14,591 nt of DNA from Candidatus Hydrogenedentota bacterium (GTDB lineage: Bacteria; Hydrogenedentota; Hydrogenedentia; Hydrogenedentales; JAEUWI01), in contig JAXMOL010000089.1 of assembly GCA_034669905.1 (NCBI GenBank), positions 1-14,591 of the forward strand. Direction: 5' to 3'. Shown piece by piece: positions 1-14,591 of this stretch. How positions within the stretch are numbered: the first letter of the stretch is position 1; every line of letters starts with the position of its first letter. A model generated the notes under the pieces. That model had not been told where the DNA came from, ran no database searches, and saw only the letters and a program-made list of their open reading frames with translations. The position numbers and the translations under genes were made by a program.

Positions 1-27
1 GAAAAAAACTGAAAAACACAACCCTGG

Positions 28-65
28 TACAGTTCCTCCCTCCTCCGGAGGAGGGAGGAACTGTA
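28..65. repeat. Perfect 38-bp palindrome (hairpin/cruciform; possible terminator or REP-like element)
   Basis: TACAGTTCCTCCCTCCTCC (28-46) is immediately followed by its exact reverse complement GGAGGAGGGAGGAACTGTA (47-65). No U-tract directly abuts either side; the A-rich run at 1-20 gives a displaced T-run on the - strand. Confidence 0.85.
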
Positions 66-137
66 TAAACAAGAGAGACCAGAAACATCAGCCAATTGCA
101 GAACTTGCGTTACACGACTTTATGCGATAGGTACCTC

Positions 138-1880
138 ATGTCCCGAATCTGGCCCTGGATATGCCGGCAGGCAACAACCCCCTGCTGGCCCCTGTGGGTA
201 GCGTTACTCCTGATCGTGCTCACGGCGCCCGCCCTGTTCGGCCGCCTCATCAATGATGATCTGACCCAGCGCCTGATACTCCAGGGCGACCCGGCGTTGG
301 CGGACACCTTTTCATCGCCTTTTCAGATGTTCGATTTTGCCGACGGCGACCCGAAGCGTACGCAGGCCCGTATTGAAAAGGGGCACCTGCCCTGGTGGAC
401 CTTTCCGGAGTTGAAGTACCGTTTCCTGCGGCCCGTGGCGGTCTTGACCCACGTGTTGGATTATTGGCTCTGGCCGGAATCGCCGTGGCTCATGCACCTT
501 CACAGCATGCTTTGGGCTGGGGCTTGTATCCTGGTCCTGGGCTTACTCTATCGACGACTTTTGCCGTCCGCGCTTTTAGCGGGCCTCGCGTTGCTGTTTT
601 ATGCGGTGGACGACAGCCACGCGGTGCCCATTGCGAGCATCTGCAATCGGAATTCTCTGATTGGACTCTTCTTCGGAATCCTCGTGCTCTATGGCCATGA
701 CCGATGGCGCCGGGAGGGGGCGATTGCCGGGGTGGTCGGAGCCTGTGGCGCGCTCGTGGTGGGGGTGCTTGCCAACGAGGGCACTATCGCCGTGGGGGGC
801 TATCTGTTGGGCTACGCCCTCTTTGTGGACAAGGCCCGCGCCGTGAAGGGATTCCTGGCTATCTTGCCCTACGGGGTGATCGTCCTCGTGTGGCACCGCA
901 TCTATGGGCAGCTGGGTTATGGGGCCTATGGCTCCTTATCCCACACCGACCCCGGTGCTTTCCCCTTGACTTTTCTGGCGAATCTGCCCGGCTATGGTGC
1001 GTCGCTTTTTCTGGGGCAGTGGCTCTGGTGGCCCGCCGAGCTGTATCTGGTCTACCCCGCCTGGATGCAGTGGGCCATCGTTGTGGCGGCGCTGGGCGTC
1101 GGGCTGTTGGTGCTTCGGGCGCTGCTGCCTCACCTGCGCCGGGAGCCGGTCTTGCAGATGTTCGGGCTGGGGATGTTGCTTGCCATCGTGCCTGCGGCCA
1201 CCACCCTGCCGGATGACCGGAGTCTGCTCTTTATCGGCCTGGGGGCCATGCCGTTGATGGGGGTCCTGATTCTCGGCCTGACCCGTGATGGTCAGGAGAA
1301 GGTGCCGACGGCGCGGTGGTTGTTGCGGACCCTGGTCGTTTGCCACCTGGTATTGTCGCCTTTGCTGCTACCCGTGCGGGTGGCGCTGGTGGATTTGGTG
1401 GGCGGACTCATTAATGATGCCGTTCATGCGATGGCGCTGGACGAGAGCCATCTGGAAGAGCAATCCCTGATCGTGGTCAATGCGCCGGTCATGGGGATTG
1501 CGCCGAATATTTCTATCATTCGTATCGGCGAGGGTCAGCCGGCTCCGGCACGGGTGCGTGACCTCGGGCCCAATTTTCCGGCAGAGCCATTGACTATCGA
1601 GCGGACGGATGCACATACCCTGGTTATTACCCGGCCCAGTGGTTTTCCCCACCTGTTTTTTCGGGGACAGCCTGAGTTTTGCTATGAAGTGGGCGACGAG
1701 GTGGTGCTTTCCGACGTGACGATTAGGATTGAGGGCATTACGGAGGAGGGCTTGCCCCAACGGGTGGCTTACCGATTTGCGGGGCCGTTGGAGGATGATT
1801 CGCTGCAGTGGATTGTCTTTGATGGGAAGGGCTTTGTGGCCTATCGTCCGCCAGGAGTCGGGGCGGTAGAAACGCTGTAG
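138..1880 (+). CDS. Multi-pass integral membrane protein, probable GT-C-fold glycosyltransferase-like, with a C-terminal soluble domain
   Basis: The ORF track starts at TTG 96; ATG 138 (MSRIWPW) is more plausible. There are about 10-12 hydrophobic segments. An acidic DD pair follows TM1 (GRLINDDL), then YRFLRPVAVLTHVLDYWLW, HLHSMLW and a NEG motif at a TM end, the layout typical of GT-C/PMT-like proteins. The last ~140 aa are hydrophilic and beta-rich. Confidence 0.7.
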   Translation: MSRIWPWICRQATTPCWPLWVALLLIVLTAPALFGRLINDDLTQRLILQGDPALADTFSSPFQMFDFADGDPKRTQARIEKGHLPWWTFPELKYRFLRPVAVLTHVLDYWLWPESPWLMHLHSMLWAGACILVLGLLYRRLLPSALLAGLALLFYAVDDSHAVPIASICNRNSLIGLFFGILVLYGHDRWRREGAIAGVVGACGALVVGVLANEGTIAVGGYLLGYALFVDKARAVKGFLAILPYGVIVLVWHRIYGQLGYGAYGSLSHTDPGAFPLTFLANLPGYGASLFLGQWLWWPAELYLVYPAWMQWAIVVAALGVGLLVLRALLPHLRREPVLQMFGLGMLLAIVPAATTLPDDRSLLFIGLGAMPLMGVLILGLTRDGQEKVPTARWLLRTLVVCHLVLSPLLLPVRVALVDLVGGLINDAVHAMALDESHLEEQSLIVVNAPVMGIAPNISIIRIGEGQPAPARVRDLGPNFPAEPLTIERTDAHTLVITRPSGFPHLFFRGQPEFCYEVGDEVVLSDVTIRIEGITEEGLPQRVAYRFAGPLEDDSLQWIVFDGKGFVAYRPPGVGAVETL

Positions 1881-2000
1881 TCCCTTCGGTATGCTCCAGC
1901 GTCGTTGGGCAGTGAGGGACCATTCGAATTTCGACACGTCTTTCCGCTACGCTGTGGGTCTTCCTCTTCGTGTGAACTACATCCATTGGAGCCTATAGCT

Positions 2001-2813
2001 ATGTCCTTTTTTCGTCCCGTCATTGTCTGTGTCGCACTTGCCATTGCGGTGCTGGGGATTGCTGCCCATAGCTTCGCCGAAGCCGCGAAGCCCGCGCCAC
2101 TCAAGGCCCTTCTCATCGCCGGTGGTTGTTGCCACGATTATGCAGTCCAGAAGGATTTGCTGAAGAAAGGGTTGGAAGAGCGGGCCAATGTGGTGGTCGA
2201 TATTGTTTTCGAAGCAGACAAGAGCACGAATCCGCCCCTGCCGATTTATGGTAACCCGGATTACGCCAAGGGCTACGACGTGGTGATTCACGACGAGTGC
2301 GCGGCCGACATGAAGGACACGGCCGTCGTGGAAGGGGTCCTGGCCCCCCACAAGGCAGGCATCCCGGCGGTGAACCTCCACTGCGCCATGCACAGCTATC
2401 GGACGTCGGCTGATGTGAAGCAACCTGCCGAGGCGGGTACGGCCGATGCCCTCTGGTTCGACTTTCTGGGGATTCAGTCGTCGGGTCACGGCCCCAAGAA
2501 ACCGCTGGCCATTGCCTTTGAGAAGACGGATCACCCGGCGATTGTTGGATGTGCCGATTGGACGACGAGGAATGAAGAGCTCTACAACAACATCGTCGTC
2601 CGTGATGGCGTGACGGTATTGGCGCGGGGGACGCAGGAGCCCAACGACAAACCGGGTTTTACGGATGCGGTGGTGGTGTGGACGAATCTCTATGGCGAGA
2701 AAAAGACCCGCGTGTTTTCTACGACACTGGGGCACTACAACGAGACCGTGGCCGACCCGCGTTATCTGGATTTGGTGACACAGGGCTTACTTTGGGCTTG
2801 CGGGCAGGAATAG
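2001..2813 (+). CDS. Secreted ThuA (trehalose utilisation)-like domain protein, class I glutamine amidotransferase-like fold
   Basis: ATG 2001 has GGAG at 1988-1991 and begins a signal peptide (MSFFRPVIVCVALAIAVLGIAAHSFAEA). Motifs KALLIAGGCCHDY, YDVVIHDEC, NLHCAMHSYR, EELY, VVWTNLYG, RVFSTTLGH and GLLWA are typical of ThuA-like domains. Confidence 0.85.
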   Translation: MSFFRPVIVCVALAIAVLGIAAHSFAEAAKPAPLKALLIAGGCCHDYAVQKDLLKKGLEERANVVVDIVFEADKSTNPPLPIYGNPDYAKGYDVVIHDECAADMKDTAVVEGVLAPHKAGIPAVNLHCAMHSYRTSADVKQPAEAGTADALWFDFLGIQSSGHGPKKPLAIAFEKTDHPAIVGCADWTTRNEELYNNIVVRDGVTVLARGTQEPNDKPGFTDAVVVWTNLYGEKKTRVFSTTLGHYNETVADPRYLDLVTQGLLWACGQE

Positions 2814-2945
2814 GGACTATCCCGGTAGTCTGGCTTGACGGGTAGCCTTCGATGGTTCTCTGGGGTATGGCGTACTGCCGGTACAGTCTACGCCTGCGGC
2901 GCATCTACGACCCACTACGCCTGGGGCGAAGTTGATGACAGTCCC
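2813..2945. repeat. Small structured intergenic element (MITE/REP-like) between convergent genes
   Basis: The ends GGGACTATC (2813-2821) and GACAGTCCC (2937-2945) form an 8/9 inverted repeat. Inside is a 13/14 direct repeat CTACGCCTG[C/G]GGCG at 2888-2901 and 2915-2928, each with a CGCC-NNN-GGCG hairpin. Confidence 0.35.
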
Positions 2946-2947
2946 GT

Positions 2948-4606
2948 TCAGAACTCCAGCTCGCCGCCGTGTTTCTTGAGTTTTTTCTCGATGCGTTCCA
3001 GGCGCTTGCGGAAGGCCCGGGCTTCGGGGCGTTCCAGTCCCGCGCTGCCGAGGGTGGTGGCGTAGTGGGTGAGAGCCTCTTTGCAAAGGCGCGAGGCGGC
3101 GGGCAAATCGCGGGTGCGGTGTTCGTGGTGTTTGGCCAGTTCGTGGCTGGCCACGGGGTCGCCGGGGAAGCTTTCGAGGAGCGTCTCCCAGGCCTGCTGC
3201 ATGTCTTCCCACAGGGCGCGGCGCTTGCAGGCGTAGCCCAGCATTTCCAGGCATTCACGGCAGAGGGGCGAGGCTTCGACTTCCTCCAGAAAGGCACGGG
3301 CGTGAACGACTACTTCGTCGTAATTCTTCTGACGGAAGTGGATGCGCACGACGGAGAGCTTGTCTTCCACGTGTTCAAAGCCCTGGCCGGTGGGGGCGTC
3401 GAGACACTGGGACATCCACGCGGTCAGGGACACGAGGGAGAGGATATCCATCTCGTGGTGGTATATGACGCCTTCGAGGGGGCGGGCGTCTTGCTGTTCG
3501 AGGTAGTTAAACCACAACTGGGGAATGAGATAGCTCGGCACGTCGCCTTCGCGATGAATGGATAGGATTTCCCGCTCGATATTGCCCAGGCTGCAATCCT
3601 TCAGGCGTTTTTTCCAGAAGCGCCGGGCCGCGTGCACCAGATCGAGGTGCTTCAGCTTGTCGTCGCGGAAATGGATGCGGTTTTGAATGAAGCGGGTGCG
3701 CAAGAGGGGCAGGTCGAAACTCTTTCCGTTATAACTCACCAGTGTTTCGTGGCGATTGAAGAGTTCCGCGAGGTATTGGAGCATGGGCTCTTCGTCGTCG
3801 AAGTCGCGCATGATGCACTGGTCGAGGCGAAAGCTGTCTTCCGTGAAATAGCCCACACCGACGAGGAAGGCGACGGTGCCCGTGCCGCCGGAAAGGCCTG
3901 TGGTTTCCGTATCGATGAAGCAGGCCGTGCGGGGGTCGAAGTCCTCGAGTGCGGGGTCGCAGGCCGAAAAGGCGATGTGTTTGGATTGGCTCTGGAGTGC
4001 GCTGCCCAGCTCCACGATACCCTGACGGTGTTCGAGGGGGTAGTCGTGGCGGATAAGATAAAAGCCGAACTCATCGTCGCCGTGAATCTCGCCCGGGACG
4101 ACCCGCTCCAGTTTGTAGGTGCCCGCTTCCCGCTCTTCCTGGGTAATGAGGGGTTGTTGGGCGAAGTGAGACTCGAATTCGTGGTCGGGCGCGACGCCGA
4201 GGCGATCGGTCATATCGCGGAGGCGGTTGGCCCCCTTGGTGGCGGATGAGGACCGGGCTTCCCGACGGGGCTTTCGGGCGGGCGCCGGATTGGCTGCGCG
4301 CTCCGTCTGCCAATCGGAACCGGTCTTGAGTCCCTTACTCTGAAGGAGGTCGGCGAGCTTGGAGATGGCTGGCTGAGCCGGGGCCGGTGGCGTGGGGGAC
4401 GCTTCGGGGGAATCTTCGTCGATGTACTCGGACTCGTCATCCCAAGGCTCTTCGGGAAGGGCTTCGTAGACCGGCTCGTGAGACTCGTGGGACTCGTGGG
4501 ACTCGTGGGACTCGTCGTCTACTTGCGGCGGTGTCTTCAGCTTGGCCCCCGTGGTGAGACCGTGGAGGTCGCGGAGTGCGTCGAGTTTTTTCTTCATGTT
4601 ACTCAT
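2948..4606 (-). CDS. mrfB: DEDDh (DnaQ/RNase H-like, RNase_H_2) exonuclease with C-terminal TPR-like helices, YprB/MrfB family
   Basis: ExoI FIDTETTGLSGGTGT, ExoII SYNGKSFDLPLL, HLDLVHAARRFWK, SLGNIEREIL and ExoIII YHHEMDILSL are present, followed by C-terminal ELAKHHEHRTRD and RLERIEKKL. It lies directly downstream of the DUF1998 helicase. The start is uncertain (GTG 4654, ATG 4606 or ATG 4597). Confidence 0.85.
   Translation of the reverse strand: MSNMKKKLDALRDLHGLTTGAKLKTPPQVDDESHESHESHESHEPVYEALPEEPWDDESEYIDEDSPEASPTPPAPAQPAISKLADLLQSKGLKTGSDWQTERAANPAPARKPRREARSSSATKGANRLRDMTDRLGVAPDHEFESHFAQQPLITQEEREAGTYKLERVVPGEIHGDDEFGFYLIRHDYPLEHRQGIVELGSALQSQSKHIAFSACDPALEDFDPRTACFIDTETTGLSGGTGTVAFLVGVGYFTEDSFRLDQCIMRDFDDEEPMLQYLAELFNRHETLVSYNGKSFDLPLLRTRFIQNRIHFRDDKLKHLDLVHAARRFWKKRLKDCSLGNIEREILSIHREGDVPSYLIPQLWFNYLEQQDARPLEGVIYHHEMDILSLVSLTAWMSQCLDAPTGQGFEHVEDKLSVVRIHFRQKNYDEVVVHARAFLEEVEASPLCRECLEMLGYACKRRALWEDMQQAWETLLESFPGDPVASHELAKHHEHRTRDLPAASRLCKEALTHYATTLGSAGLERPEARAFRKRLERIEKKLKKHGGELEF
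4475..4515 (-). repeat. In-frame 9-bp tandem repeat (~4.5 copies) encoding (ESH)n
   Basis: The + strand unit CTCGTGGGA occurs at 4475 (one mismatch), 4484, 4493, 4502 and partially at 4511. The protein reads DDESHESHESHESHEP. Confidence 0.9.
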
Positions 4607-4657
4607 GGGGTATTTTATCAGTTTCCGGGGTGTCGGTGTGTTACGGGGGGCCACCTA

Positions 4658-6976
4658 TCAACTCGGCTCTCCGATGGGCGGCAATGGCCTGGGCGTGGTG
4701 TCACTGCGACCCAGGGCCATCTTTACCAGGCGGAGGGCGCCGTCCTTTCCGTGCATACCCGTTTCTAAGACGCTGCCGACACAACTGGGGCAGCCTTCGG
4801 CGCAGGGGCAATCGGTGAGGAGGGAGGTGGCTGCTTCGAGCATGCGGTTGTGGTGGTGGAAGAGCTTTTCACTGAATCCCACACCGCCGGGGTAACTTTC
4901 ATAGAGGAAGATGGTGGGGGCCTCAGTGGCCGGCGCGCGGAGCATGGCCTGGGCGCGGATGTCGCTCGGGTCGCAGAGCACCTGGACCGGGGCTACCTGC
5001 TTCAAGGCGTTGGCCAGGGCATTCAGCCCTTCGCCCAGTTCCTCTTTGTCGACGCCGAATCGTTCCGCGGAGTCTTCCGGGAATTCAATCCAGTATCCCG
5101 TGGTATGCATGGTCTGCTCGGGCAGATGAATTTCGCCCCAGCCCACGTTTTCGTGGGTGCCAAACTTAATCTTCTTGTAGATCGTGGGGAGCCACGTGAC
5201 ACTGAGTTCGCCGCAGCAGCGTTCTACATCATTTTCCGGTTTGCCCTCGAAGACATCGAGGACCTTGAGATCGACCTTGGTCTCCGCGTCGGTGTAGTAA
5301 TCCACCTCCACAGGCCGTGCGTAGGCCTTGCGGTCTTCCAGATCGAGTTCATCGATGGTGTACTGGGCGCTCTGGTGGAGATAGATGGCGTTTTGATAGA
5401 CCTCGGTGGGCGCGGCGAAGTAATCAATCTCGCCAATGACCCGGCCGTTGTCCGACGTGTCGAGGATGACCACATTGCCGGGGGCGGCGGTGCGCAGGCT
5501 GATATCCGACGCGGGATAGGTGTCGGCGCTCCAGTGCCACTTATTGCGCACCTTGCGGAGGACCCGATTGTCCACCAGGTAGTCGAGGATTTCCCCGGTG
5601 GAGGTGGGGTCCAGGCCAAAAGACTCGCCTTCCACGAAGGGGATCTCGAAGGCCGCGCATTTGAGGTGGCTCGTGAGGATGATGAGGTTGTTGGGATCGA
5701 CGGTGGCGCTTTCGGGCGGCTGGTCGAAGAAATACTCCGGGTGGGCGATGATGTATTGATCGATGGGCGCGCTCGTGGCAATGAGCACCACGAGGGAAAT
5801 AGAGTTGCGCCTGCCCGCGCGGCCTGCCTGCTGCCAGGTGCTCGCCACGCTGCCCGCGTAACCCGTCATGATGCAGACATCCAACGCGCCAATATCGATG
5901 CCGAGCTCCAGGGCGTTGGTGCTGACGACGGTCATGACCTTGCCTTCGCGGAGGCCCCGCTCGATCTCGCGCCGCTCGGTGGGGAGGTAGCCACCGCGAT
6001 AGCCTTTGACCAGATGGTGGCTCTTGCCCATCTTGCGCACCGCATCTTTGAGATAGGTGGTAAGAATTTCCACCCGGAGGCGGCTCCGCGCAAAGACGAT
6101 GGACTGGATTTTTTTGGAGAGAAGTGATTTCGCCAGACGGGCGGCTTCCTTCACCGATGAGCGGCGAATGCCCAACTCCTGATTCACCACGGGGGGATTA
6201 TAAAAAAGAAAGTGCTTCTCTCCGGCGGGGGCACCGTTGTTGTCGATGAGGGTGACCTTTTCTTCAATAACCCGCTCGGCGATCTCCTGGGGGTTGGCGA
6301 TGGTGGCGCTGCAACAGATGAACTTGGGGCTGGAGCCGTAGAAGGCGCAGATGCGTTTGAGTCGTCGGACCACATTGGCCAGGTGGCTGCCGAAGACCCC
6401 CCGGTAATGGTGGATCTCGTCAATGACCACATACTCGAGATTCTCGAAGAGGCGGATCCAGATCGTGTGGTGGGGGAGGATGCCCGCGTGGAGCATGTCG
6501 GGGTTGGTGACCACAATGTTGCCCGCACTGCGGACGGCTTTCCGCGCCGAGGCCGGGGTGTCGCCATCGAAGGTGTAGGTGCCGATTTTGACCTCCATCT
6601 CCTCGATGGTGTCCTTCAGTTCATTCATCTGATCCTGCGAGAGGGCCTTCGTGGGGAAAAGATAGAGGGCCCGGGCCTGGGGGTTCTCCAACATGCGGTT
6701 GAGGACCGGCAGGTTGTAGCACATCGTCTTACCCGAGGCCGTTGGCGTGACCACGCACGTATGCTCACCCGCCAGGGTCGCGGCCACGGCCTCCGCCTGG
6801 TGGGTATAGAGCTGGGACACGCCCCGTTTCTGGAGGGCCTCCTTCAGCTTGGGGTGGAGGGCCTCCGGAAAAGGCGCATTCCGCGCCGGGCGCGGGGGGA
6901 TGGTGTGCCACTTGGTAAGATTGCGGCAGAAATCCGCGTCCGCGCGGAGGGTGTCGATGGTCTGGGCTACGTTCAT
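4658..6976 (-). CDS. mrfA: SF2 DEAH-box helicase with C-terminal DUF1998 four-Cys Zn-binding domain, YprA/MrfA (Hrq1/SftH-like) family
   Basis: Motifs: Q LYTHQAEA, I TPTASGKT, Ia FPTKALSQDQ, Ib TNPDMLH, II DEIH, III SAT, YRGGYL, V STNALELGIDIG, VI QQAGRAGRR. The C-terminus reads LCDPSD...FLYESYPGGVG...CPCAEGCPSC. An SD-like AAGGTG lies 7 nt upstream of ATG 6976. Confidence 0.92.
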   Translation of the reverse strand: MNVAQTIDTLRADADFCRNLTKWHTIPPRPARNAPFPEALHPKLKEALQKRGVSQLYTHQAEAVAATLAGEHTCVVTPTASGKTMCYNLPVLNRMLENPQARALYLFPTKALSQDQMNELKDTIEEMEVKIGTYTFDGDTPASARKAVRSAGNIVVTNPDMLHAGILPHHTIWIRLFENLEYVVIDEIHHYRGVFGSHLANVVRRLKRICAFYGSSPKFICCSATIANPQEIAERVIEEKVTLIDNNGAPAGEKHFLFYNPPVVNQELGIRRSSVKEAARLAKSLLSKKIQSIVFARSRLRVEILTTYLKDAVRKMGKSHHLVKGYRGGYLPTERREIERGLREGKVMTVVSTNALELGIDIGALDVCIMTGYAGSVASTWQQAGRAGRRNSISLVVLIATSAPIDQYIIAHPEYFFDQPPESATVDPNNLIILTSHLKCAAFEIPFVEGESFGLDPTSTGEILDYLVDNRVLRKVRNKWHWSADTYPASDISLRTAAPGNVVILDTSDNGRVIGEIDYFAAPTEVYQNAIYLHQSAQYTIDELDLEDRKAYARPVEVDYYTDAETKVDLKVLDVFEGKPENDVERCCGELSVTWLPTIYKKIKFGTHENVGWGEIHLPEQTMHTTGYWIEFPEDSAERFGVDKEELGEGLNALANALKQVAPVQVLCDPSDIRAQAMLRAPATEAPTIFLYESYPGGVGFSEKLFHHHNRMLEAATSLLTDCPCAEGCPSCVGSVLETGMHGKDGALRLVKMALGRSDTTPRPLPPIGEPS

Positions 6977-7002
6977 GGGGGTACACCTTGGGCTGGATAT
7001 GG

Positions 7003-7020
7003 ACTGAATATAGCATCAGT
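7003..7020. promoter_or_regulatory. Palindromic operator candidate ACTGA-N8-TCAGT (CTG-N10-CAG)
   Basis: ACTGAATATAGCATCAGT overlaps the predicted -10 hexamer of the repair operon. Confidence 0.35.
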
Positions 7021-7036
7021 GGTGTGGAAGGCGCAA
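7007..7036 (-). promoter_or_regulatory. Putative sigma70-type promoter for the helicase-exonuclease operon
   Basis: On the - strand: -35 TTGCGC (7036-7031), an 18-bp spacer and an extended -10 TG-C-TATATT (hexamer 7012-7007), about 30 nt upstream of the start codon. Confidence 0.5.
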
Positions 7037-7080
7037 GGCCCATCGATGAACTCTTGGATTCAAGCCTACTCCCATTGCTG

Positions 7081-7089
7081 TGGTATACT
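7081..7089 (+). promoter_or_regulatory. Putative extended -10 promoter for the giant surface-protein gene
   Basis: TG-G-TATACT (hexamer 7084-7089), about 55 nt upstream of ATG 7146. There is no convincing -35. Confidence 0.4.
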
Positions 7090-7145
7090 TGTGTGGTCAC
7101 CTGCATGAATTGGGTGCAAGCGGCTTGGAGCGATGCGGAGGGGAT

Positions 7146-14591
<7,446 letters not shown>

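Noticed and set aside
1880..1920. Imperfect hairpin (GTCCCT...AGGGAC) right after the membrane-protein stop codon
   Set aside because: It is bulged and has no U-tract, so it is too weak to call a terminator.
96..2000. ORF-track starts at TTG 96 and TTG 1905
   Set aside because: Downstream ATGs fit better: 138 gives a normal first TM segment, and 2001 has an SD and a clean signal peptide.
1878..2819. 8-bp inverted repeat TAGTCCCT (1878-1885) / AGGGACTA (2812-2819) flanking the ThuA gene
   Set aside because: It is short enough to be chance, with no transposase, recombinase or target-site duplication to support a mobile or invertible cassette.
4658..6976. DUF1998 helicase as part of an anti-phage system (DISARM, Druantia, Dpd)
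   Set aside because: There is no methyltransferase, SNF2 helicase, PLD nuclease or other defence gene nearby. The size (772 aa) and the YprB-like partner fit MrfAB.
4850..7108. Long + strand ORFs 4850-6127 (425 aa) and 6212-7108 (298 aa)
   Set aside because: They are antisense shadows of the helicase, expected from GC-rich codon bias, and show no recognisable motifs.

Overview
GC-rich bacterial window with five genes. On the + strand are (1) a multi-pass membrane protein that looks like a GT-C glycosyltransferase and (2) a secreted ThuA-domain protein. Converging on them from the - strand is a two-gene operon: (3) a DEAH-box/DUF1998 helicase and (4) a DEDDh exonuclease with TPR-like helices, matching the MrfA/MrfB (YprA/YprB) DNA-repair pair. 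Divergent from the helicase is (5) a giant secreted protein that the ORF track misses because it has no stop codon in the window (7146 to >14591, at least 2482 aa). By hand translation it contains cadherin-like/Ig repeats, a 6-blade NHL propeller that appears inserted inside an Ig repeat, a 7-blade SBBP-type propeller, about 20 internalin-type LRRs, DxDxDG Ca-binding motifs, a second LRR block and a long (EG)n tract. The tract suggests Candidatus Hydrogenedentota (inference). Non-coding points of interest are a perfect 38-bp palindrome, a small REP/MITE-like element between the convergent genes, and a CTG-N10-CAG palindrome over the predicted -10 box of the repair operon. All family calls come from motif recognition by eye; no database searches were run.
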